From Microthyrium microscopicum (lineage: Eukaryota), in contig MU004232.1 of assembly GCA_010405405.1 (NCBI GenBank), forward strand, positions 1,755,481 to 1,819,480: 64,000 bases of DNA, in the 5' to 3' direction. The notes beneath the pieces are model-generated. The model had not been told where the DNA came from, did no database searches, and worked only from the letters and a program-made list of their open reading frames with translations. Below are positions 10,601 to 20,051 of the stretch, one piece after another. Both the position numbers and the translations under genes were made by a program. The stretch's first letter is position 1. Each line of letters begins with the position of its first letter.

Positions 10601-12905
10601 CCGAGGACGTCGTAGCGAAAGTTGCAGACACGGGACTAACCATAGTAGTGTCAAACGTCCCTTGCGGGGCTGCCAAAGTAGCTGTACTATAGCTAATCTG
10701 TCTCGAAAGCAGGGATGTTGTTTTGGACATGATACTAGCACGATCCGTATTAGACATCACACTACTCATACTCTGCTTGCGGCGCGCTGTGTTGCTTGGT
10801 GGGCCTTGTGACATTTCCCTCTCCGAGAACGCGGCACCAGGTCGACTTCGTTTCTCCAGCTCTAACGTACCCTCAGATGGTATTGTCGGCTCTTTGGTCA
10901 TGTTCATGCGATCCGCAGCATTAGCACGGAAGAACTTGCGAGCCGCTGCTTCATTTGCAAGTCGACTGTCAACCGGCCTGAAGACATCCTCGTCGTAGTC
11001 CTCCATCCATCCACGCTCTAAGCTTTCCACGCCGGACTTGTCGATCTCATTCGGTGGTCGCCCGACGATACGGTGGCGTAGCTTATGCCAGGGATGTAGC
11101 GGGTGCTCATGAAGGAGCGAAATCGCAATATTACTCATTTCATTTTCCATGAAACCCATCATTTCTAGCTCGTACAAGACGCAGCGGAGATGGAAAGGCC
11201 GAGCTACCGCACGACTATCCTGTGATTTCTTGCGGCGTGGGCCTTTGGCAACGAGACTCAATGAAGCATCGTCAGTGGCGCCTTTCCAGAAGGAAACATC
11301 GATCCAGTGAGGGATGGCGAAGCTCCAATCTCCAGGCGTGGGTTCGGAATCAGGGACGGATGTTGTGCGTAGTAGCATATCGCTTTGTCTTGGCGTGTTA
11401 TCGAGAGAGTTGGGGTTAGTGTGTAGTATCGAAGACGCTTTACCCGTGGTTCGAGGATTTCGGTATTTGAAGAGGGGAACAGAATGCAACGGCATTGGAG
11501 CCAGACAGACGAGATCAATGCCAATCCCACTCCCAACTAGTGTTTCTGTCGTAAGTTTCAAGAGACTGTAATCGACCTCGTAAATGCCCGATCCAGCAGT
11601 GATTACTACCACTGATATGCCAGTCCGAACCAAGTCCCTGTCAATGTAGTCCCTCGAGAATTGTGACGAGGCAAGGTTTATAGCCTCAAGAATATTGCCC
11701 TTTGCAGCAGTCGATGGTTTACCAACTATCACAAACTCTGGCTCTGAATCTCTTTTTCCAAATGGAAATGAAGCGCTTTGCTCTGCCGCCGCGGACTGCT
11801 GAATCGTAATGTCTCGTAGGAAATGCAGAAATTCTCGTTTTAGTTGATTGAGAATCGAAATCCAGTCATTAGACGAGACGTCACTGACAACGACTCTGTA
11901 GAAGTCTCTCGACCCAGCTCTTGGGTCTTGATCTTCAGTGTCGAGCGTCGAGACATGTCGAGGATCTGACTCCTCATACTCAACTCTTGAGAACATGACA
12001 ATGGAAATAAGGTGCTTGGCATGTACCGCAGACCAGTTCTTAAAAAGTTCCGGCAGAAAGCCATTGATCACCTTATTAAACATAATCTCTCCTCCACCCT
12101 CAACGTCAAATTCCCACATCTCCTTTGACATTTCAATGAAGATGATGTATCTTGCCGACTCACTCCGAAAGATTGGCTTCGTATTACTGCCAAAATATCC
12201 ACTCTTTTGCTTCTCGCCGTTCCGATATATCGTCTTGACAGTCGCTCGAATCGTATCCAGAAACAGCAGCTTTTGCTCCCGATATACCGTCTTTTGGCTC
12301 AACTCTGCGATGGCCAGCCGCCACATATCTGCACGCGACAAATACTGGTCTCGAAACGTTATCTCGACATGGGACGCCGCATATTCCTCCTCCTCAACCA
12401 CACTCACGAGCACCTGCGTCCATATCTTGAACCCAAACGTCCCCGCGACCGTCGCACTAACACTCAAACACGCGCCCTGTAACTTCGCACGTTCATCCGC
12501 ACTCAATTCTCTCGCCACAAACACGTACGACCGTGCCTTATCCCTCACCTTCGTCGGACTAACCACCCGCCCCTGCTCATCATACGTCGTGACCCCCGTC
12601 GTAGTACGCCCAGCAGATGGTCGCGTCGATGGTCTAGAGGACTCGGAGCCGCTGGGCTGATGACGCGCATCTCTGCCACTTTTACGATTCGAGTTGGAGG
12701 CATCAAGGCTGGAGGACGATTCGGCGAGAGCGACAATGTGTATGAGGTCGCCAGGGTGGGCGCTGAGTTCGGGGAATTTGTTAAGGTCAAAGATTATGTC
12801 GTCTTTGAAAGTGTTGGCATCGTGGGTGCGCAGACTGCAGAGCTTTTGGACGGTACCGAAGCGGCGGAGGGGATTTGGGGCGGTGTCGCGGGTTGGGAGG
12901 GCCAT
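7689..12905 (-). CDS. IML1: Vacuolar membrane-associated protein Iml1/Sea1 (DEPDC5 orthologue; SEACIT/GATOR1 GAP subunit), 1738 aa
   Basis: FRDQYLSRADMW, IFRSESARYIIFIEMSKEMWEFD, GNILEAINLA, DRDLVRTG, GIGIDLVCL..MPLHSVPLF, KWKSLSSPASVPLT, a DEP domain (DRWWHLKLYHYSFTGSDLANWL) and LHYDRLHSPDNCYH are hallmark Iml1 blocks. Confidence 0.95.
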   Translation of the reverse strand: MALPTRDTAPNPLRRFGTVQKLCSLRTHDANTFKDDIIFDLNKFPELSAHPGDLIHIVALAESSSSLDASNSNRKSGRDARHQPSGSESSRPSTRPSAGRTTTGVTTYDEQGRVVSPTKVRDKARSYVFVARELSADERAKLQGACLSVSATVAGTFGFKIWTQVLVSVVEEEEYAASHVEITFRDQYLSRADMWRLAIAELSQKTVYREQKLLFLDTIRATVKTIYRNGEKQKSGYFGSNTKPIFRSESARYIIFIEMSKEMWEFDVEGGGEIMFNKVINGFLPELFKNWSAVHAKHLISIVMFSRVEYEESDPRHVSTLDTEDQDPRAGSRDFYRVVVSDVSSNDWISILNQLKREFLHFLRDITIQQSAAAEQSASFPFGKRDSEPEFVIVGKPSTAAKGNILEAINLASSQFSRDYIDRDLVRTGISVVVITAGSGIYEVDYSLLKLTTETLVGSGIGIDLVCLAPMPLHSVPLFKYRNPRTTGKASSILHTNPNSLDNTPRQSDMLLRTTSVPDSEPTPGDWSFAIPHWIDVSFWKGATDDASLSLVAKGPRRKKSQDSRAVARPFHLRCVLYELEMMGFMENEMSNIAISLLHEHPLHPWHKLRHRIVGRPPNEIDKSGVESLERGWMEDYDEDVFRPVDSRLANEAAARKFFRANAADRMNMTKEPTIPSEGTLELEKRSRPGAAFSEREMSQGPPSNTARRKQSMSSVMSNTDRASIMSKTTSLLSRQISYSTATLAAPQGTFDTTMVSPVSATFATTSSEDKPKQSATRYLDRFKAALARSAVPKETVKEKAEGDINDVEEDIPKKAIDGPSKPIDIGPSRINHHSRSSSNDDKIGSTGTVKAKNIYTKKGSLPRREDGAILAISAIASSARRQVLKPPAGLSTSGEGLRIPPTISPFRGIAPWLVLVNPSNPKKNNFNVNNQFRRWKHVFPKQLKVSSMKWKSLSSPASVPLTNDFFPSAQQLAEEFQESTYNIAQNTEEDTEEQMGREVLVRELIAFRLAHGFQLIVGTAVAEFLGRHGPELGDIFDKNYMARDGSTVFMSMGNTIHQLLCLTGGEVEIRRFRRKPTAEIETPEGRNVMSYKPWIRTSLSADYQPREISLKKPSTEYNWNYIDTFIAGYHDEFSDNLRFWRARFVFIPVDVPAQTRREFPQFSEEEAQIEGIRKMTQIWQRNRVLPLDENTFQSMRRRKDPNPLRIEHQTKDPSVFVATGGMNLPEGDQQSSLIFPDIEKYSTNNVDLPKLAQDLQGEHGVPMKDRWWHLKLYHYSFTGSDLANWLVDRFSDVETIDDAEDLGNELMEKGLFQHVSKRHKFQEGVYYYTLTPEYRNRAEPKGWFTSRTRGSVPPTPSADGSKTPFTPNSTLSSRPTTSSSEASSSNEKAANEKINITTTNPTPTIKDAPRRKMVLGQSMRYNVDPKKHSYRPELVTLHYDRLHSPDNCYHFRLDWMNVTPKLIDDAIASWATHGRRYGLRLVELPIAEASAIPATHPFRAPYPIQLPLRNLPLSSASPTTHLSLAAQHPASFAASHAHDPLAFHKAVLRKHGFVLDVEAASSFPADVEVKYSWGAPSYEHTQYIHRSGSTLAQITQAGTFLLLSNRLFSDRGPLLTSMPHKDLVELRARSRAGVSPAGSPALRPVADPDTKDGDGKEGGGKGVEVKSAEEICKELETFCTNDGAVRALYEELMRPVPSPSPAPGPVSGALMGLDAVPSLRLPSRVVRELALEGKERL

Positions 12906-13328
12906 TGGGAGGGTTTATTGAAGTTGTTCACATCTTTTGGATCCCCGCCTCCAACGCTAAGCCAACCTAAAGCTTGAACGTTTCTGCGTTTGGAGTTGCT
13001 GAAGGGGAATTAGAGCTGAGGCTGGAATATAGCATTCATGCGTTTGGATGTCTGACAGGATCTGCAGGGTGATGAGCTGCGATAAGAGACAATTGGGAGT
13101 GCAGCAAAGCGGAGCTTACAAGCTCACGATGCACAACCCGCGATCTTGGCCCGTGCGCTGATATAGTTCGTGGTGATGATTGAGGATAATGGACTATGGG
13201 TTCAACCCTTATTTCCATGGTTTAAATAATCGATGCTATCTGGTACAAATTTTAGTCATGGAAGAATTGGCAAAAAGGCTCATTCCACATGCAAACGCTA
13301 GGCATTAAATTGATAAAACGATCTATTT

Positions 13329-14808
13329 CTATCGCTTTACAGTGAAGAAAAACGCAGTATTTATACTCACCACCACAGCAAGTGCAGCTAAAGCATACCT
13401 GAGATTGAACAGAGAGGGTCGCGATCGGGCCCTTAACGTCTCTTCGATCACGGATACCAATACTCCAGCCATAACATCTTTGGAAAAAAGCTGTTTGACT
13501 CTCTCTTGACCATCTTCACCCATCTTCTGCAGTCGTTTTTTGCTGTATGAGCCATCTAGAACGTCCCGCATTACCTTGGCCCAAGCAATAACATCCCCGG
13601 AATCTCTCAACCATCCAGTTGTGCCGTCATCCACAGTTTCCGTAGGTCCACCTTCGTTGGCTGCCAGAACAGGAGTGCCGTGGTGCATTGCTTCTATCGG
13701 AACAATTCCGAGATGTTCATTCTTGGGAGTGTAGACGACAAGCTTTGCGGACAGAAGGAGGTCGGTCTTTACTGCATTTGGTACAGATAGTAGAAACAGG
13801 ACCTTGACTTCAGTTGGGATAGCCAATGCGCTGACAATAGTTTTAGCGGTAGCATGTTGTAACCCCAGGGACTCTGCAAGAGCACCCAGCTCTTTGTGAT
13901 ACTCGACATTTTCTGTGACTCGCGTATCATAACCACCTACAACAATTTATAAGAGGCACTGCAAACGGTGATAATGGCACCTACCAGCAAGAACAAGTCG
14001 GGCCCCGGCTTGGCATGACTCCGGGAGCTGAGCAAATGCCTTGATAGCCAATCCTATATCCTTCTTTCGCTCGAATCGATTGATAGAGAGGATGAGATTC
14101 TCTTTTGGAAAATAGGGCGGATCATCTCTTGTAACAATATAGTCGTTGCTGGTATCCACACATGGGTAGACAACATCTGGCCGCCGATCCTTCAAGTCTG
14201 GAAAAGCTTTAGCAAATACAGAAGCTGTGAATCCGCTATTGACCACTATCCGATCAGCACATCCCGTGCTATAGCTTTCCGCTTCGTCAAATGGTATGCG
14301 GTATAGACTCTTCAAGATACCGCCCTTTTGCGCCAGGAGCTTGTCTGGGAAATGGCAGTAGAATAGAATCCTTGTTTTGTAGCTGAGTATGCGAAGGAGA
14401 GGGATGCCAGCGCTAAGCTGATCGATGAAGAAGACGTCAGGTTTCAGTTGTCGTAGTTCGCTGGATAGAAATGCGATTTGCAGGATTAAGTGTAATTGGC
14501 GCAGGATGGCGCAAAGAATGGCGAAACGACCGAAGATGTTGGGAGGGACAATTGTATTCCCGCGAACGCGAACATCGAGGGTGCCTGTTGCATACAGTCA
14601 GTCGTCAGTATCAGCTTGAGAATTTGTACTGACCATCTCGAGCCTCATCAAAGCAATGTGCGGGGTCGCAATGCGATGTGAATATGGTGACTTTGTGGCC
14701 TTTCTCTTGCAGGCCAACGGCAGCATCAATGACAAGGCGCTCAGCTCCTCCAATGCCGAGATCTGGATGGAAGAAGACCACATTTCGTGGAGGTTTATTC
14801 TTGGCCAT
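13329..14808 (-). CDS. ALG2: Alpha-1,3/1,6-mannosyltransferase Alg2 (exons 14808-14634, 14584-13985, 13936-13329)
   Basis: [46 protein letters not shown] (across intron 2) and [16 protein letters not shown] motifs; two canonical introns restore the frame; C-terminal hydrophobic segment. Confidence 0.95.
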
Positions 14809-15250
14809 CACAGTCTCCGCGATCGCAAATAGATGGCTCGAAGATGTACTGGGTAATCAGAACAGGTTATTGACAAGTTTCACGATGGGATGAAAGCGCC
14901 CTGGGGCCTGAGGTCAAGAACGCCGTATCCCTGCAATAAGAGGCCGCCCAAGTATTGAACCCCTGATCCCTGTGTAATGCTTGCTAGGTGCAGTTGGAGC
15001 GTGCTTGCTTGTCTCTCTCAACTGTCGACGACAACACCTTGTCATACTCAGAGCTACCGCTGCCTGGCCACCCAAGAACAACCACGAAACAACAAAAGAC
15101 CTCCAAGAGGACGCTATCGCCTTCCCACTAGCGACCATGATCCCGTTTTCAGTCTCCTTCAAATCGCCCTGCTAGCCTCCTAGCTGCACCGCATAATTCG
15201 CGATCTGATATCCCCCACCACAAAAGAGTCTGAAAGTTGGGACCGCCATC
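14809..15250. promoter_or_regulatory. Short intergenic region between divergent ALG2 and VPS15 (probable bidirectional promoter)
   Basis: Head-to-head start codons are only ~440 bp apart. Confidence 0.6.
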
Positions 15251-18200
15251 ATGGGGCAAGGCTACTCCATTACTACCCTCTCGGCAGGCTCGGCTGGTAT
15301 TGATGTACCAGAGATGGCTGACTTGTCGTATGAGAAATCTCTGGGAAATGCCAGATTCATGAAATGTATTAGAGCCCGTCACAAGGATGGTCTGGTCATA
15401 GCCAAAGTTGTCATGAAGCCTTATCCTACCTTCAAATTGGACAAATACCTCAAGACACTAATAGGTAAGCTGACGCGCGCTCTATGTTGGACTTATCTGG
15501 CTGACAAATTGTCCAGCGGAAAGAAAGGAACTTGCCGAAATACCAAATGCGCTGCCATATCATCGGGTTGTAGAGACTGGTACAAATGGTTATCTTGTAC
15601 GACAGTACATCAATAGCTCTCTATATGATCGAATGAGGTAATTCAACATACCCTCGAATGCCGCGTTCTTGCTGACTGTTCAAGTACTCGTCCATTCCTC
15701 GAAGATATCGAAAAGAAATGGATAGCCTTCCAGCTACTATGTGCAGTTCGTGATTGCCACGCTCGTAATATATTCCATGGCGATATCAAAACCGAAAATA
15801 TCATGGTCACGTCCTGGAACTGGGTTTACCTTGGCGACTTTTCATCTTCATTTAAACCAACGTACTTGCCAGAGGACAATCCAGCAGATTTTTCGTTCTT
15901 CTTTGATACGTCCGGTCGACGAACCTGTTACATCGCTCCCGAGCGGTTTCTGAATCCCGGAGAAGAAAGTACAGGCAAATCGCCAATCAACTGGGCCATG
16001 GATATATTCTCCGTTGGTTGTGTCATTGCGGAACTGTTCTTGGAGACTCCCATTTTTACTCTCAGTCAGCTATTTCGATATCGCCTTAACAAAGACTATG
16101 ACCCCGAGAAGACCCATTTGAGTAAGATAGCGGACAAGGACATCCGTGAAATGGTTGCACACATGATCCAAGTGGATCCTCAAGATAGATATCGAGCCGA
16201 GGACTACCTAGCTTTCTGGAAGAACAAGGCTTTTCCGGAGTATTTCTTTAGTTTCCTGCACCAATATATGCATTTGATCACGGATCCAAGCTCTGGAAGA
16301 AATCCTCTAACATCTGGCAAGGAAAATTTAGGGGAGGCAGACGACCGAATCGATCGAGTGTACAACGACTTTGATAAGATCTCATTCTTTCTGGGATACT
16401 CTGAAAAGGCAAAGCTATCAACACAGGCAGAGAAGCTACTCGACTCGGATAACCAACTATTTCCTCTGACTATTGATATTGCGAATCATCGCCACGAAGC
16501 CTCTGCTTCAACGACTCGACCAAAGGATGATGGAACTCTGATTTTCCTTACCATAGTTGTCGGTTCCCTCAAATACACTGCTAGAGCATCTGCCAGAGTA
16601 AAAGCTTGTGATCTTTTGCTTGCCTTTGCCGAAAGATTAACAGATGAAGCCAAGCTAGATCGGATACTTCCGTATCTCATGTCTATGTTGAAAGACAAAG
16701 CCGACGTGGTCAGAGTTGCGGCTCTTCGAACAGTTGCTCAACTTGTAGGTTCATTGTCGATCGTATCCACATCTGTAAGAGTCTAACAATTTCCAGCTTT
16801 CCTTGGTCAGCGTAGTATCACCTACAAACTCATACATCTTTCCCGAGTACTTGATGCCGAGATTTCAAGATTTTGTTAGCACATCGGATAACAGACCTAG
16901 TTCATGGGTACGTGCTACTTATGCCCTCTGCTTGGGCTCATTAGCAACCTCTGCGGGTCGCTTCTTGGACATAAAACAAGCTCTTAGCACGGGCAACAAC
17001 TCAATCGCCTCAACAGACCCCGAAGCTGAAGATGGTACTATTACTAGGTCGATGTACCAAAACATGTTTGATGTTGCACGAGACGATTTGATAGCCCAAT
17101 TCGAAACGCATACGAAAGCATTGTTTACAGACAGTGATGCATCTGTTCGAAGAGCTCTCTTACCTTCTGTTGGAACTCTCTGTGTCTTTTTCGGGACTCA
17201 GAAAGCCAGCGATGTCATCCTTAGCCATTTGAACACTTACGTTAATGATCGAGAATGGCTACTGAAAAGTGCTTTCTTTGACACTATCGTTGGTGTTGCA
17301 GCATATGTCGGCACCGCTGGTCTTGAAGAGTTTATTCTTCCACTCATGGTCCAGGCACTTACCGATCCCGAAGAACGTGTTGTTGAGAGAGTGATCAGGT
17401 CATTCTCAGCAATGGCCGAGCTGGGTCTCTTCCAACGTCCAACAATGTGGGAGCTTCTCACTATTGTCGTTCGCTTTACCATGCATCCCAATTTATGGAT
17501 AAGAGAGGCTGCAGCACAATTCATTACTGCAACGACCACTTTTACAACAGTAGCTGATCGCTTCAGCATTATAATCCCTATCATCAAACCATATCTCAAA
17601 GTTTTGCCACGCGACTTGCAAGAGCCGACTGTACTGGATACGTTACAAAAACCTCTCAGTCGAATGACTTTGGAATTGACTTCCAACTGGGCGAGGCAGA
17701 GCGAAAAGAGCGTCTTCTGGAAAAACGCTCAAAAAGAGCGCCTGTTTTCTTTCTCCTTCGGCGATAACATCTTGACAAATTCTAAGGGTTCAAAGATAGT
17801 TTCGCTGCAGAAAGTACAGAAGTCTGAAGACGACGAACACTGGGTCAAAAGACTTCGGAATAGCGGAATGGATGCTGAGGATGACTTTAAACTTCTTGGG
17901 CTCCAAGAGTACATCTGGCGGTCAACACAACGCAAAATTCATGCCGAGTCCGGAGTACAACCAAGCAAATTCAACAACATCGTGCCTCTAACAGATATGG
18001 AAATCAATTTGCAGAATGTTATATTCGACGATAACAAAGCAGCAAACCAAGCAATGGCTTACGACTCGGAACAGAACATGCGACCCAAGACCATAGCAGA
18101 GGCGATAAAGGAAGCTGCCAGTCCAACAACACCAACGGCGCAAGCACTTACCTCTCCTACTGATTCTATGCGAACAGAGCCAAGGAATATACCAGGAGCG

Positions 18201-20051
18201 TCAAAACCCGGAACATCACCCACAGGAACTGAGGAGCAAACCCTGGCGAGACGCGGTAAGCCATTACCAGAGGCCTCTTCGTATGACTCCAAAAGGTCCC
18301 TTAGAGTCAATGAACCAGCGATTCAAAGAAAAGGCAGCGCTATGAGCTTGATGGGTCTTAGAGAGAACAAAGGCAAGGCCGCTGCGGAAATTGCAACCGA
18401 CACTACGAATGCCATGGGCCAAGTTGAGCGAACTCAAACCCACGATTCACTATCAATAAAGAGGACCGCTTCATCAGCTGCTGAGAATCGTATCATGGTA
18501 GGAGGCCGTAAAATTCTTCCTGTCCACAACTATCCTGGAAATGACCCAAACATTCTGAAACTATTGGACTCCTTGTATGTCGACAGCTATCCGGTTGGCC
18601 TTATAGAATTTGGTCACATCGTTACGCCCACTAGAGGTGAGCCGCAACGCAGAGTGGGCTCAGCCGCAACGCTCAATGGGCTTTGGCGGCCTGAAGGAAC
18701 TCTCGTAGCTATGTTATGTGAGCATACTGCAGCTATCAATCGAGTAGTTCCTGCTCCGGACCATAGATTCTTCATCACTGGCTCCGACGATGGCAATGTC
18801 AAGGTGTGGGATGTTGCAAGATTGGAGCGTAATGTCACTCACAAGGCACGGCTTACGCACGTCCAAGGCGCCAAAACGAAGGTCACCAGTCTATGCTTTG
18901 TCGAAAATACTCACTGTTTCGTGAGCACCGGCTCCGATGGCAGCGTCCACGTTGTCAAGGTCGAATGTATCGAACAACCGCATTTGAACTTGACGCGCTA
19001 TGCACCGATCAGTCTAATACGCGAATACCAACTTCCAGCTGGTCAGTATGCTGTTTGGTCTTGCCATCAGCAGGTTGACAATCAGTCGATACTTATATTG
19101 GCCACCAATGAGTCCCGTGTCTATGGCATCGAGCTGCGCACCATGAAGGTTATATACGAGCTTCAGAATCCTTTGCGCCATGGCACGCCAACATGCTTTT
19201 GTGTTGATAGGAAAAACCATTGGCTACTACTAGGCACATCACAGGGTATTCTCGACCTATGGGACCTGCGCTTCAAGATGCGACTCCATACATGGGGATT
19301 CCCAGGCGGCACGCCTATTCATCAAGTCCAACCGCAATCACAGCGAGGCTCTAAGCGGTCCCGAGTAGTAGTATGTGGCGGTCTTCAGGGGGAGTTGGTG
19401 ACTCTCGATGTTGAAAAGGGGCAGATTAAGGAAGTGTACAAAACGGCAATATCCACAACTCGCGACTCCTCCTTGAAACACCATTCACAACTCCCTTCCC
19501 TCGTTCTGCTTGATGAGGAACAACCAGGCGGTGTACTCAGCCGCTTCGTCCAATCTTCTGCCATGGAAATAGCCCCAGCTGGCACTGACAAAGCCGTCCG
19601 CGCGGTCGTAGTCGGCTCACACATTGGCTCCAACGGGGCCGAGTCCAAGTACAGCTTCATGCTAACCGCTGGCCCAGACTGGAAAGTGCGCTTCTGGGAC
19701 ACCAGTCTCAAGGACCTGTGCTGCGTCGTCAGCGGCTCCGACCTGGACGAACCCAAGCCCACTTATACACTCGACAGCGTCGGCGATGTCACTGTGCTCT
19801 CTGAAAAGGCTGGTGCGCTGCCTGCGGATGTGGATGCAAGCAATACCACTTCGCGTAGCAGAGCTGGTGGCAGCAACCCAGCGACACCATCACGCAAGGT
19901 CAAGAGCTCCAAGAGCGCGATAGTCTCGCTTCAGCAGCAGAGTTTGCTACGGGGGCACAAGGACACCATCATGGATGTAGCCTTGCTCGAGTATCCGTAC
20001 GGCATGGTCGTTTCGGTAGACCGAGCGGGTGTGGTTTATGTCTATTCGTGA
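15251..20051 (+). CDS. VPS15: Vps15 / PI3K regulatory subunit 4 (kinase, HEAT repeats, WD40; exons 15251-15464, 15517-15637, 15685-16744, 16797-20051)
   Basis: Myristoylation-type start MGQGYS; YDRMSTRPFLEDIEKKW across intron 2; HGDIKTEN; KPTYLPEDNPADFSFFFDTSGRRTCYIAPERF; HEAT region (SHLNTYVND); WD40 (TGSDDGNVKVWD). Splice sites are canonical, with GCTGAC/CTAAC branch points. Confidence 0.96.

Noticed and set aside
1184..20051. Many 60-240 aa ORFs antisense to or overlapping LST4, IML1, ALG2 and VPS15
   Set aside because: Shadow frames of real genes, often with non-ATG starts and no motifs.
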